A stretch of 59,368 bases of DNA, taken from a virus. Taxonomy: Duplodnaviria > Caudoviricetes. Shown in pieces: positions 17,816 to 29,100 of the stretch (positions are counted from its first letter, which is position 1; every line of letters begins with the position of its first letter). The position numbers and the translations under genes are program-made. The stretch spans positions 1-59,368 of the IMG/VR virus record IMGVR_UViG_3300025150_000016, one strand, 5' to 3'. The notes beneath the pieces are model-generated. The model saw nothing but the letters and a program-made list of their open reading frames with translations, was not told the DNA's origin and ran no database searches.

Positions 17816-18599
17816 GGCGGTTCTCCGTCAGGGCCTTACGGACTTGGTAGACCCGGCTACGTGATACGCCTGCCCGCTGCACGATTTCCGGCACAGGAAG
17901 CTGAAACACCAGTGCGTGCCACGGCTCAAAGCGCAGCCCTCGCAAAGAGGCATAAGGGTCTGATTCCGAGATGAGTCCTCCATGACTTCGACGGAACTGT
18001 ACCCAGTCGTTCCAGACCGCTTTCTTCCGGCCCAGGCAAGGTCCATCATGTTCGTACAGCCACAGCATGGATCTCTCTGCTTCCGCCCCGGAGAGGCGAA
18101 GGTGGATGCCGAACTCAGAGGGCTTTTTCCCGATGACCCGTTCGACCACGTCTCGAAGGCCCTCTCGGAAGGACGGTGCGTTGCACGTCAGGCTGACCTT
18201 GATGATGCGCCCTCCTTTCATCTTCCGAAGGGGGGAAACCCAGACGCCGCCGTCACAGTCGAAGAACCCACGCACAAAATGCGGGAGGTGCTTCTCAGGA
18301 ACCTGTGGAAAATCGTGGTCCACCACGGACTTGCGAGGGATGAGCCCGAGCCGCACCAAGTCCTCCCCCAACGCCTTGTCCGTCACCCGGGACGAGTAGA
18401 GAGGGTTCTCACGATCCGAAGACCGCTCATGGATGGTATTGGTTGCTCCAATGAAGGCGTGCCACCACTCAACGGTCGGCCTGTCCGTGTTGTAGAACTG
18501 GACATACCACGAGCGGGAGGTTGGGCGCAGGCTGCCGTCGGCATAGAACAGCCCGAGGGCGTATGCCATCTCATCCGACCACTGGCTGAACCTGCTCAT
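17805..18599 (-). CDS. Free-standing double-motif LAGLIDADG homing endonuclease
   Basis: AYALGLFYADGS and HFVRGFFDCDGG motifs; C-terminal HTH-like AGVSRSRVYQV; codon use differs from neighbours; start placed at ATG 18599 behind GGAAGGAAG. Confidence 0.88.
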   Translation of the reverse strand: MSRFSQWSDEMAYALGLFYADGSLRPTSRSWYVQFYNTDRPTVEWWHAFIGATNTIHERSSDRENPLYSSRVTDKALGEDLVRLGLIPRKSVVDHDFPQVPEKHLPHFVRGFFDCDGGVWVSPLRKMKGGRIIKVSLTCNAPSFREGLRDVVERVIGKKPSEFGIHLRLSGAEAERSMLWLYEHDGPCLGRKKAVWNDWVQFRRSHGGLISESDPYASLRGLRFEPWHALVFQLPVPEIVQRAGVSRSRVYQVRKALTENRHVA

Positions 18600-18612
18600 C
18601 TTCCTTCCGTCC

Positions 18613-19440
18613 TCAGAAAAGTACCGCAAAGCTCGCCAAGTAAATCTTGTTGGCGGAATTATTGCGAAAAACGACTCGAATGCGGGTCGTCTTCACGCAG
18701 AATGCTACCGGCTCCAGCAACCCCACCTGGCACCAGGTCGCTCCATTGTTGACGGAGATATAGGCAGAAAAACCGGGCGGCTCCTGGTCCATCTCCATCA
18801 CCCGCCGGAAGGCGGGCTCGTTCTTGCCGCTCTGCGCCCCGTAATCGGCAGCGATGTCATGGGACACGTCGAAGCTGTAGAGCTTCCACCAGAGCATGAA
18901 CTCGTCGGTGCCTACCTCGTTCTCGTCGCAGTCGAGGGTGTAAGGGCCGATGTCGATCTCGTCCGTGACGATGAGACCGGGCCTTGGTGTCGCCGTTCCG
19001 TTGTTCTGGGCGAGCAGGGCCGTGTGGGTGGGCATCTGGCCCGAGTCGTCCAGAGGAGCCTCCCGACCCGTCTGGAACCTCGGCGTGAACCGCTCGTCCG
19101 TGTCGGGGTCGTGGAACTCGAAGGTGAAGTCCAGTTCATCCACATGCTCGTCGGTGAGCAGGGGGTTGAAGTAGACGTTGCCGAACTGGGGATACGTGGC
19201 CAGGAGACGGGCCATGCCCTGGGAGGCGAGGTCGTTGCCGTCGATGTCCCCGCCGCCGTCCAGCAGGTAGTCCGAATCCGAGACTGGGAAATCCAGGTCC
19301 AGCGGGACGGGGAGGAGGAACCGCCCGTTGATGTAGGTCGCCCCCTCGGTCCCGAGGACCGGGACCTTCTCCACCTGAACCACCGGCGACTGGTTCGGCA
19401 CCGGGGACAGGTGGGAGGCGAAGTCTACCTGGATCCGCAC
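18613..19440 (-). CDS. Putative tail/baseplate-associated protein (275 aa)
   Basis: 3 nt after the spike gene; SVNNGATW Asp-box-like motif; last ~54 codons AT-shifted. Confidence 0.7.
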   Translation of the reverse strand: MRIQVDFASHLSPVPNQSPVVQVEKVPVLGTEGATYINGRFLLPVPLDLDFPVSDSDYLLDGGGDIDGNDLASQGMARLLATYPQFGNVYFNPLLTDEHVDELDFTFEFHDPDTDERFTPRFQTGREAPLDDSGQMPTHTALLAQNNGTATPRPGLIVTDEIDIGPYTLDCDENEVGTDEFMLWWKLYSFDVSHDIAADYGAQSGKNEPAFRRVMEMDQEPPGFSAYISVNNGATWCQVGLLEPVAFCVKTTRIRVVFRNNSANKIYLASFAVLF

Positions 19441-19443
19441 TGG

Positions 19444-22400
19444 TTAGTACTCCACGTTGAAGTCGATGATTTGGTTGGCGGCGTTGGCCCCCACAGAGTC
19501 GATGCCGGGAGACACCCCAAAGATGGTCAGGTTCACCCGGTTCCCAAGGACCACCATGCCATTGGTCGGGATGGCCCCACCGGCGGCTCCTGGCGTGTCG
19601 GTGATGCGGTCTGCGATGTTGCCCATGAGCACCCCCACGTCCGTGGCGGAGGCTCCACCGTTGACCAGAAGGTCACCTGTCACGATGTTGCCCTGCGCCA
19701 CGTAGTTGAGGACGTTCCGCAAATCGAGGGTGGTGTTGCAGTGGTTGCCACTGACGCTCGGGCGGTCGGCGTTCGCCGAGAACGCCAGACTTTCAAAGCA
19801 GTAGTTGCCGTGAACGATGCAGTCCGAGTTCTGAATCGTCACCGAGCCCTTCGCCAAGCCGGTCCGGTTGTGGCTGAAAGTGGCTTCTGGCCCCCCAACC
19901 ACAACATCCCCGCCGTCGATCCGGTTCCCAACGATGATGTCCCGCTGCCCTGTGGCCTGGAGGTCGCCACCTGACAGGTGGTTGCCCGTGAACGTTGCAT
20001 CCACTGCGTTGATGTCTACGGTCCCGAGGCTGAACCAGTTTCCTGCGATGGCACAGTCGTGGGCCGCTGCGAGAATCTCCAGGGAGACCCCACTACTCGA
20101 CCCCACCATGTTCCCAGTGATGGCGGCGGAGGGACCTTCGACCCGAATTTTTCCGATGCAGAGGTTGCCCGAGATGACCGAGTTGGTCACTGCCCCCGTC
20201 AGAATGAAGATGCTGCGCACTCGGTTGTTGGAGATGACCGGCTCGTCACCCGTACAGTTGATGTCGCCGTTGGAACCGTCAAGCAGCCTGTTGCCCACGA
20301 TGACCGGCCGGGCGCTGTTGGAACTGACGCTGATCCCATCGGTCCCGATGATGTTGTTGGCGATGACAGGGTCGTCCCCATCGACGTTGATGGCGTTGAA
20401 CCCCACGGCGGTCGTCCCAAAGATGGAGTTCCCCAAAACCAGGCACGAGTGCGAGGTCTGGTCGAGAACGATCCCCTGTCGCCCGCCGCTGTCAAGGCGG
20501 TTGCCGAGGACAACCCACCTCTCAGCGTCAGCGAGGTGCAGGACCCCCTCGTCCATGTAGTTGTTGCTGCAAACGCCGTCGTCGCCGCTAATCTGGAGTG
20601 AAACGTTCTCTGCGGTCCCGTTTCGGAAATGGTTGCCGGTGATGACTCCGTCGGACCCCTGTAGCAGGGAGGACCCGTTGTCGTTGATCCCGCCGACTCC
20701 GAAGTGGTTGCCCGAAACGATGTATCGATCCGAGCCTGTCGGGAAGTAGCACCCCTTTGTGCAGATGTTGCCGATGAGGGCGTTGTCATCGCCATGGACC
20801 GTGATGCTGGAGAAGAACTCCCCGTTCCCGATCCCGGCCCCCCAGTTGGTGATGTCGATGTCGGTGTCGAACCCGGTCATGACCCGGTTGTTCGCCAGGA
20901 TGTTCTCGAACGACGGCACTGTGGCTGTACCAACGGTGATATGCCCGTCGATGAAGTTCCCGACGATGAGGTTCGTGTCCCCAACGATGGCGAAGTTGGC
21001 CGTCCCAGGGGCGGCAGGAACAACCATCACGTTTCCGGCGATGACGTTCCGATGGCTGTCCTGGCCAGATCCGCCGTCGATGTAGATGGCCCCCCAGTTG
21101 CCCACAACCGTGCTCTGCTGGAGGTTCTGGCTGGGTCCCGCCAGGAGAGCCAGGTTGAACCTGTTGCCCGAGATGACCGTGTCGGCGGTCCCGCTGGGCT
21201 CGGTAGCGGCGTAGCGGATCTGGTCGAACAGGTTCCCCACGAACACCAGCCTGTCGCCCGAAATCTTGATCTCCCCCTCGGGCATCTCGTTCCCGATGAA
21301 GAACGTGTCGTCGAACACCTTCACGATGGCTTCGTCCCCGACGCCCATGTAGATGTTGTTGGAGACGACGTTGGAGGCCCCGAAAGAAAGGCCGGTCGAA
21401 ACACCCGGGTCGAGGATGAAGTTGCCGTTGACGATTGTCCGCAGGGCGGTTCCTGTGATGGACCCGGTGATGTGGTTCCCGTCGATGACGGAGTTGATGC
21501 CGCCCGTCTCGACGTGCCCGCCGACCGTCGTGACACCCAGGATGAACCGACCCGCCCGGCCGGTCGTCGTGACACTGTGGGCGAAGTTGTTCCCCACGGC
21601 AGTGATGTACTGCTCGTCCACGTACAGGGAGGCATCCGAGGTTCCGAGCGGGTTGCTGATGTCAGCCTGGTTGTTGGCCACCACCGAGCGGAGCAGGTTG
21701 TCGGTGAAAATCGCCCGCTTCTCTGCCCACCCAGCCCCGGCGACCGAGGCCATGTTGTCGAGGCCGCCGCCTCCGGTGATGCCAAGGTCGTGAACGTTGC
21801 TCAGGACGTTGTTCACGATGCGGCACTCGGACCCACCGTTGACGTAGAACATCTCCCGACAGGAGGCCCAGATGCCCGCATCCCCCATGTTCGAGATGTA
21901 GTTCCCCTCGTACAAGGAGTTCGACGCCCCGTTGTCGATGATGCCGACCCCGGCAAAGGTGTTGATCCTGTTGCCCCGGACGACGATCCCATCCGGGCCA
22001 GTGCTGCTGACCAGGATGATGCCACCATGGGGCTCGGGCTCCCCGAGAGGATTCAGGCCGGTCAACTCCTGTACGCCATCGCCGCCTGCGGGGTCGTCGT
22101 AAGGATCACCGGGATCCCAGAACCCGACGAGCCAGTTGTTCTCGATCCAGATGTTGGTGAGGGTGTCGGTCGTGTTACCTCGGGCTACGCTTCCACCGAA
22201 AAAGATCCCGGCGTCCGAGCAATGAGCCAGGCAGTTGCGGATCTTCCAGTTGGAGGCGTCCCCCTCTGTGAACCAGATGAACGCATGGGCGACGTTCAGC
22301 GGGGGGCCGGAGAGATTCTCAACCCAGTTGATGAGGGACACCTGGTCGATGGTGATGTTGTCACAAGAAGACTCAATCCCAGCCCAGTTGGTGAACGCCA

Positions 22401-25400
22401 CCCGCCCCATGGTAGTTGAAGGACCCTGGCCCGTGTCCCGGTACTCCAGCACCAGGTCACGGAACTCCAGGTTGTTGTGCCCGTTGAGGTCGAACAGCGG
22501 CACATCGGCGTCCCAGGCCACTGCCTGCTGGTTCTGGACGCCAGACCCACCGACGAAATGTGTGCCGTCGAGGCGGTGGGCTGTGCCCTCGATGATGATC
22601 CCGTCGCAGGTGAACGTGATGGGGAGCTTGTTTGGGTCCTCGTTGGTCGGACCCACCACCTTGATGCGGATGTAGCGGTCCCCGTGCAGGTCGTTCGACG
22701 GGGCCTGGGCCGCCCGGTACTGCATGACCTCGCAGGCGTACTTGACCGCATCCGCAAGCTCGTCGAAGTGCGGATGGGCAGACTCGGTGGGGTGGTGGGT
22801 CGTGGCTCCGACCAGGATGTCGTCCCGCAGGTCGATGTCCTGAAGAACCTTCCTCATGTCCACCAGTTCGGTGAGAACCCCAACCTCAACGACGGCGATG
22901 GCCACGAGGACGTTGTTGTTGGCCGGGAGAGGCATCCCTGTCTGGGTGTTGAAGGCCGGGCAGGCGGGGTCGCCGCCCTGGGGCTCCAGGTAGCAGTAGT
23001 AGGTCCCGTCACCCTTGAACTGGATGCTCGACGAGGCCATCTCGGAGCGCACGCCCTCGATGAGGACGACGCCCTCGGTGAACTGCACCGTGTCGGTCCC
23101 GAGACCGGACGCCTCGAAGCCGGAGATCACCCAGGAGGACAGAATGTCGTCGAAGAGCTTCTGGTGCTGCTGGGCCAGTTCTTCCAGCCCCTCGATGAGC
23201 ACCGAACCGTCGATCTGCTTGCGAAGGACGGCGTGCTTGAACCGGAGCGCAGTGGCCCGGCTGGCCGACCCGTAAGTGACATCGTGGGCGTAGCTCGTGC
23301 CCACGTCCCCCGTGTCGCTGCTCGGGAGCATGATGTCCCGGCGAAGGACGGCGATGTACGGGTTGTCGTCGTCCACGGTGATGGCCTGGACCCCGATGCC
23401 GCCGAAGCAGCTTTCGAGAACCGTCCCACCACCACCATGGGTGTTGTTCTGGAACTCGAATCCGAAGGTCGAGACCGGGTGACGGTCGTTGTCGAGGAAG
23501 GCTGGTGGCCCCTCCGGGTCGAGCCCCTGGATGATCTCGATGAACCCGTTGACGGGGATGTCGGTCGGGTTCACCAGGTCGAGGAGGTCGATGCTGAGGT
23601 GCGTGCCGCTGGTGACCACCTGGGGCGAGGCGTTCGTGCCTGCCAGCCTCCAGTACCGCCGCTCGCTGAACACGTCGGCGTTGGCCCCCACCCCGTTGGC
23701 CCCACAAGCAACACCCTGCTCGCCTCGGCCCCCCGTCACCCGGACGCTCGCTCCCAACTGCCCAGCCTCCCGGCTGTAGGGCACGCAGGCAGCGAACAGG
23801 ACGAACTCACGGCGACGGTTGTCCCCGAAAACGACGGTGGCCGTTCCATCCGCAGGGTCGGTCGTCAGGTTGTGTTTGCCGAAGCCAGAGGAGTCGATCT
23901 CCAGCACGGTCGGAGAGACCGAGACGACGGTGAAGTCGCCGTTATTGCTAGGGTCCGTGGCGTTGATGATGGTGCCACGATCCCCCACCTGGACCCCGTC
24001 AACCGTCCAATCTCCAGCGGCCCGGGTGATGGTGTCGTTGCTGATGCCATTGTCGGTGAAAGCGAATGGGCCGCTGACCTCCAGGGGCTCTACGACCCGG
24101 GACCCCACCGGAGACAGGTCACCGCCCTGGGCAGGCTCATGGGAGAGAGTGACCAACCCGGAGGAGTAGTCCACGTCCCACCACTGCTCCTCACCGGAGA
24201 GTTTCGGATCGAGGACCACTTCCCTGGATGTGATAGGCCGGGAGAAATCGGGGACGACATGGCCCGCCCCACGGTCCTTGGCGGGGAACAGAACCATGCG
24301 GAACCCGAGGTCCATGAGGTTCCCCGGGTTGGCGTTCTGCTCCGCCGTGAAGCCGGTCCCAGTGTAGCTGGTGTCGAAGATGGCCTTGTCGGGGGCGTGG
24401 GGGACCCAAGGTGTGGATACCGGGTCCGCCGAGTTCTGCTTCATGCTCCGGCTGTGATCCACCCAGTCGGGGTTGATCAGGTTCGTGAGCCGGGCCTTGG
24501 AGATCTTGTCGATGCTCGGGTGCGTGTCGAGCCAGAGGCTCTGCACGGCATCGTGGAACGACATCTTGTAGCGGATGCCGTCGTTCACCCCCGGGGCGTA
24601 CTGGGTCACCAGGGCTCGGGGCGGGGTGAAGAACGGGACGCCGGTGAGCGGGTCCACCTCGGGGATGCGCCGGAGATGGAGACTAGAGGCAAAGCCTCCG
24701 ACCACCGACTCCCCGACGATCTCGTGGTAGCCCATGATCCAGGCAAACCCAGGATCCGCCTGCCAGTCGCCCGTGGTTCCATCCCATGTCACCGCATCTC
24801 CGATGAGTTCAACCTCATGGATACGGGCGACTCGACCGAAGGACGTGTCCTCAGGGGGTGCAAAACCACTCTCCAAAGGCATGGAGAGGTCCGGTGTCTG
24901 GAGGATCAGCGGGGCCGGAGCCGTCGTGAAGGAGTCTGGCTGAACCCCTACGGCCGTCTCCTTCGGGTCTTCGATGGGGAGAAGGGCTCGGTGGTGATAC
25001 GAGGAGAGGTCACCACCAGTGGTCGGCCCCCCGTAGGTGAAGCCTGCCCACGGATCGTACTGACCTGCATCCCCAAGGAAAGCATTGTAGAGAACGAACG
25101 GAGGCGTGTACTCATCCCCCAAAGCCCGAGCCGGGGGGACGACGGCGAAGGTACGCTCCGCTCCAACCTGCCCCGATCCTGGGACAGCCACGAGGCGTGT
25201 CGCCTTCGGGCGGATGAGCGTGATGCCCCGGATGATGGGAATGGTCCCGGTGATGTCGAAGAAGTCGGAGATCCGCTTGATGGGGTCGAGCGTGAACGAC
25301 TTCAGCGTGTCGTCCATGGCGATGATGCGGAAGATCTCGAACTTGGCCGACGGGTTGAGGGGCTGGATGCCCACTCGGGTTCCCGTCGGGTCACCGATCA

Positions 25401-26082
25401 AACCGTCGCCGGGTCCACCGAACCCCGCTGGATCCGCCAACTCTCCATCCCGACCGCCCATGGAAACGACCATGTACAGGCCGCCATCGAACTCGGTGAG
25501 GTCAGAGAATCCGTAGTAGTGGTTCAGGGTGGTCGCACCGGCAAGGTACTGCTGAACATAGGTCTGGATGGCTGGGCCGGGGGGCGTCCGAGCGGACACG
25601 TCGTCCGCCCCCTCCATGTCGATGGAGATCACGTCCCCGGTGGACCCGGCCCCGGGGGTCAACTGCCACTGCCAGTCGCAGAGGTTGGACTTCAAGGTGG
25701 GGCCGACGATCTCGAACGAGATCGGGTGCCCGAGCAGAGACGGCCCCTTCGGGCCGAAACGGTGCGTGCCCCAGTCGTAGGGGCGGAAGTTGACCTCGGG
25801 GAGGCCCGGCTGACCCAGACGGTTCGTTTTGCGCTGGAGGGCCGGGACGGCCTGGGCACCATCGTTCTGACTCGAAGCCCCGAGACCCATCTCGTAGGAG
25901 GCGGCCCAGGACCCGGCGAAGCCTCTGAAGACCTCGGCGGCTTCCGAAGACCGAGAGGCCGGGACGGTCACATGACGGTCGAGCGCCTCCTGCCAAGGCG
26001 CACGCTGGGCGTGCGGGACCGAGGTCTCCGTGTGAGCCTTCTGCTCATGCGCCTTGGTGAGCTTGTCCTTGGGGAACGCCAT
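19444..26082 (-). CDS. Tail spike/fibre with a very long right-handed parallel beta-helix (2212 aa)
   Basis: The C-terminal ~1000 aa are repeated (I/V)xGN / xxNN turns (VIDGNHI, IVNGNFI, VISGNRF, ...), preceded by PHFDELADAV. Confidence 0.82.
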   Translation of the reverse strand: MAFPKDKLTKAHEQKAHTETSVPHAQRAPWQEALDRHVTVPASRSSEAAEVFRGFAGSWAASYEMGLGASSQNDGAQAVPALQRKTNRLGQPGLPEVNFRPYDWGTHRFGPKGPSLLGHPISFEIVGPTLKSNLCDWQWQLTPGAGSTGDVISIDMEGADDVSARTPPGPAIQTYVQQYLAGATTLNHYYGFSDLTEFDGGLYMVVSMGGRDGELADPAGFGGPGDGLIGDPTGTRVGIQPLNPSAKFEIFRIIAMDDTLKSFTLDPIKRISDFFDITGTIPIIRGITLIRPKATRLVAVPGSGQVGAERTFAVVPPARALGDEYTPPFVLYNAFLGDAGQYDPWAGFTYGGPTTGGDLSSYHHRALLPIEDPKETAVGVQPDSFTTAPAPLILQTPDLSMPLESGFAPPEDTSFGRVARIHEVELIGDAVTWDGTTGDWQADPGFAWIMGYHEIVGESVVGGFASSLHLRRIPEVDPLTGVPFFTPPRALVTQYAPGVNDGIRYKMSFHDAVQSLWLDTHPSIDKISKARLTNLINPDWVDHSRSMKQNSADPVSTPWVPHAPDKAIFDTSYTGTGFTAEQNANPGNLMDLGFRMVLFPAKDRGAGHVVPDFSRPITSREVVLDPKLSGEEQWWDVDYSSGLVTLSHEPAQGGDLSPVGSRVVEPLEVSGPFAFTDNGISNDTITRAAGDWTVDGVQVGDRGTIINATDPSNNGDFTVVSVSPTVLEIDSSGFGKHNLTTDPADGTATVVFGDNRRREFVLFAACVPYSREAGQLGASVRVTGGRGEQGVACGANGVGANADVFSERRYWRLAGTNASPQVVTSGTHLSIDLLDLVNPTDIPVNGFIEIIQGLDPEGPPAFLDNDRHPVSTFGFEFQNNTHGGGGTVLESCFGGIGVQAITVDDDNPYIAVLRRDIMLPSSDTGDVGTSYAHDVTYGSASRATALRFKHAVLRKQIDGSVLIEGLEELAQQHQKLFDDILSSWVISGFEASGLGTDTVQFTEGVVLIEGVRSEMASSSIQFKGDGTYYCYLEPQGGDPACPAFNTQTGMPLPANNNVLVAIAVVEVGVLTELVDMRKVLQDIDLRDDILVGATTHHPTESAHPHFDELADAVKYACEVMQYRAAQAPSNDLHGDRYIRIKVVGPTNEDPNKLPITFTCDGIIIEGTAHRLDGTHFVGGSGVQNQQAVAWDADVPLFDLNGHNNLEFRDLVLEYRDTGQGPSTTMGRVAFTNWAGIESSCDNITIDQVSLINWVENLSGPPLNVAHAFIWFTEGDASNWKIRNCLAHCSDAGIFFGGSVARGNTTDTLTNIWIENNWLVGFWDPGDPYDDPAGGDGVQELTGLNPLGEPEPHGGIILVSSTGPDGIVVRGNRINTFAGVGIIDNGASNSLYEGNYISNMGDAGIWASCREMFYVNGGSECRIVNNVLSNVHDLGITGGGGLDNMASVAGAGWAEKRAIFTDNLLRSVVANNQADISNPLGTSDASLYVDEQYITAVGNNFAHSVTTTGRAGRFILGVTTVGGHVETGGINSVIDGNHITGSITGTALRTIVNGNFILDPGVSTGLSFGASNVVSNNIYMGVGDEAIVKVFDDTFFIGNEMPEGEIKISGDRLVFVGNLFDQIRYAATEPSGTADTVISGNRFNLALLAGPSQNLQQSTVVGNWGAIYIDGGSGQDSHRNVIAGNVMVVPAAPGTANFAIVGDTNLIVGNFIDGHITVGTATVPSFENILANNRVMTGFDTDIDITNWGAGIGNGEFFSSITVHGDDNALIGNICTKGCYFPTGSDRYIVSGNHFGVGGINDNGSSLLQGSDGVITGNHFRNGTAENVSLQISGDDGVCSNNYMDEGVLHLADAERWVVLGNRLDSGGRQGIVLDQTSHSCLVLGNSIFGTTAVGFNAINVDGDDPVIANNIIGTDGISVSSNSARPVIVGNRLLDGSNGDINCTGDEPVISNNRVRSIFILTGAVTNSVISGNLCIGKIRVEGPSAAITGNMVGSSSGVSLEILAAAHDCAIAGNWFSLGTVDINAVDATFTGNHLSGGDLQATGQRDIIVGNRIDGGDVVVGGPEATFSHNRTGLAKGSVTIQNSDCIVHGNYCFESLAFSANADRPSVSGNHCNTTLDLRNVLNYVAQGNIVTGDLLVNGGASATDVGVLMGNIADRITDTPGAAGGAIPTNGMVVLGNRVNLTIFGVSPGIDSVGANAANQIIDFNVEY

Positions 26083-26114
26083 GCAAAAAGCTCCGTTGCC
26101 TCACCTCTGGGGGG

Positions 26115-26131
26115 CTATAGCCTCCCCACCG
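26115..26131 (-). promoter_or_regulatory. Putative late promoter CGGT-N5-GGCTATAG
   Basis: Motif recurs in four intergenic gaps of the structural cluster. Confidence 0.6.
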
Positions 26132-26133
26132 AG

Positions 26134-29100
26134 CTACACCGGCTGAACGAGCCGGATGCCGCAGATGCCCCGGAGCCTCTCGTAGGAGATCCCGGGACCA
26201 GGGACAGGACCGAGGAACGTGTCGGTGCCTGGGTCGTACTCGTTGTCCATCGCATAGGGGGTCGCCGGGGACCCCATCTGCACCTTGACCAGCACCGGCA
26301 CCTCCCCGACCGTCGTGCCCTCGATGCCAGTGCTGGCGAAGAGGTTGACGGCGGGTCCGACGTTCACCCGCACCTGGCAGTAGACGATACCCGTGACGGG
26401 GTCCACAGCATCGAAGGTGTCTGGGCCGACGACCATGCAGCCAGCCCCGTCGAGGTTGGGGTCCTGCTTGCTGGGACCGGCACCATCGGCACGGCCCAGG
26501 TCCATCCAGGTGGTGAGCCCAGGGACCTTGACCAGCACTGCCACCTTGTCCTTGGCCACCCCTGCACCACCGGGACCCGGGGGGTCGTAGGCGAAGTCGG
26601 ACAACTGGATGCCGTCGAGGCGAATGGTGAAGAACGGCTGCCCCGCCGCCGCAACGGCCTGGCCGAAGCTGGCGTCGAACGCCCGAACGAAGGTCCGCAG
26701 CCCGGCCAGGCTCGAATAGTCCGGCTGGTCCGCAGGAAGGGCGTCCTGAGCCAGGTTCGGACGCAGGTTGGGGCTGCCCACGGGGCTGTAGTCGGTCTTC
26801 GGGTAGATGAGCAGGCCGGTCGAGGGGAACGGAGCGTTCACCATGTCCGTGATCGGGGGGTTACGATCTGGCCAGCCCACGACCTGAAGCTCCGGCGTGA
26901 TGGCATCGAGCCCACCACCCCCGTGCAGGTTGAACTCCTGCTGGTGGATGTTCATCGGGAGCCAGGCCGTGTTCGCCCAGTCGGTGCTGTGGCTGGCCGT
27001 GGCCCCGGCTCGAACCGGAACCTCGATGGGGGTCACGCCCCAGGTGAACAGACCCGGACCCGTGAGCGCCCGTCGGGCGATGGACCCGTAACCTGCGATG
27101 GCGTGAAGCCCATCCGGGTCAGCCAGTCCTCGGTGGAAAGACGTGATGTAGCGGTAGCTCTCGTCGAGGAACCGCTCCCACACGTCCTTCTCGAACGTGA
27201 ACATGTTGGGGTCCACCGAGGAAGGCGTAGCCCCCGATGTGAAGTTCCCGAACTCGCCCAAGAAGTTGATTGGGTCGAAGCTCGTCGTGTGGAGAAGGAT
27301 GACCGCCCCATCCGACGGCTCCACGATGATCCCGTGGCCATCATTGGCCGAGTACGGGATGACCGCCGTAGTCGCTGCCTGATGACCCAGCGGCGTGCGG
27401 AAGAACGCTCTCGGCCGAGCCCTCATGGTGAATGCAGGCTGGGATGCGTCCCCGTGGAAAGTGATGTCCGCCCCCCCTGCCATTCCGATGACCGCTGCAT
27501 CCCCGATCTGGGGACCGTTGGCATCCGAGTACTGGTTGGCTCCACCAGGACCCATGTGGGTGAAGGGGACCTCCACCCGGGAGGGGTTCTTCGGGGACAG
27601 CGGGTCGGAGAGGCCGAGGTCGGTGTCGGCGTTCAGCGGGAACGTGGCCGAAGGACCATCGGGCTGGTCTGCCGGAGGAGCCGGATGCGGCCCGAAAGCG
27701 AACGGGAAAAACGTGATGAAAGCCGGACTCGGGGTGGACAGCAGGGCCGGATCATCCGTGCCCGCCACCACGTTCTCGCTGTTCAGCCAGGCATCATCCG
27801 TCCGGTAGAGCCGGTCGAAGAAGCCGTTGGTTGTCTCGGTGATGTCGAGGCCCGAGAACAAGACGTTGTTTGCCCCCGTGTCCTGACGGTGGCTCACGAA
27901 GTAGGCCACGCCGGAGACGTACATGACCCCATCGGGGGATCCCACACGACGGAGCCAGTCGAAAGTCCCCGTGAAAGTCGGGGCTGCGATGTAGTCCAGC
28001 AGGATGTTGGACCGGCGCTGGAAGTACGTTCGAGCCACGTAGCCGTAGTCGGCTGCCGGGCCATCGGGGGCTGTGAACGTCCCACCCGAGGACACCTCGT
28101 TGACCAGGTTCGCCGACCCCTCGACCGGGTCGGTCGTGTCGATGGTCTGCGCCCCGTAGATCTCGTACCCGTCGGTGGCGTCCCACGGCATGACGCCGTC
28201 CCGAACGAACGCCTCGAAGTCTCGCTCCTTCTTGAAGTGGATGAGCCAGTAGGAGCCGACCTCCTCCTCGACGCCGTTGACCTCCGTGGAGGGCATGAGG
28301 AACGCCTGGCGGTAGCGACCCACCTGCCAGGTGACGTAGTCCTCGTCGAATGGAGTTCCGTAGTTCCCCGCCGTGTTGACGGACGCAAAAGCCGGGTCCG
28401 CAGGCTGAGCGACCTGGAAGAACCGGAACTTCTCCCGTGTGGTCACCGGGTCCGCCCCAGACGGAGTCCACTTCAAGCCCTCGGCCGAGTAATCCTTCAG
28501 GTACGGGAGCCGGTAGCCGAAGAAGTTCTGGGTGAGCAGGCGGAACCCAGGTGCCGTCGGGCTCTCCATCGAGATGATGGCATTACCGATGACCGTGTGC
28601 CCGATCCTTGGGGCGGCCACGTTCGCCACCGCCACCGGGTCCGGGTCGTAGGCGTTCACATCCCCGCCGAGGATGGGGATGCCATAGCCCGAAGGGTCAG
28701 CCTCTCCGGCGTTGGGGTCCGTCCCCAGACGAACCTGCCCGAGGGCCGGGGTCGTGGCGTTGAGGTCCCTGTCGTAGACCCCCGCCCCCCCGTCGAAGGG
28801 GGCCTTGAGACCCTGGGCATCCAGGGCATCCAGGCCCCGATGGATCTCCGAGAGGTTGTACTGGCCCGTCGCCCGGCCGGGAAAAGCGAACGGGTCGTAG
28901 TTCCCGTCTGCATCCTGGCCGATGGAGAAAATGCCACCCGGGTCGCCGTCACAGGCCCCGAAGTTGTCGCAGTCGTCATCCCCACCGTCGCACCCCTCGC
29001 CAAGGATCCCCTGGCCGAGAAGGATGGCTGCCACCACCCTGTCGAGGAGAGGCTGGGCAAGGAACTCCTGAACGGTCGGCGGGTTCTCCCGCTGCCCGGG

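Noticed and set aside
18600-18629. TTG start at 18629 for the LAGLIDADG gene
   Set aside because: ATG 18599 follows the upstream stop with a purine-rich RBS and is more plausible.
19444-22750. Diversity-generating retroelement target or DNA-level repeat array in the spike gene
   Set aside because: The repeats are degenerate protein-level beta-helix rungs; no reverse transcriptase or near-identical template repeat was seen in the window.
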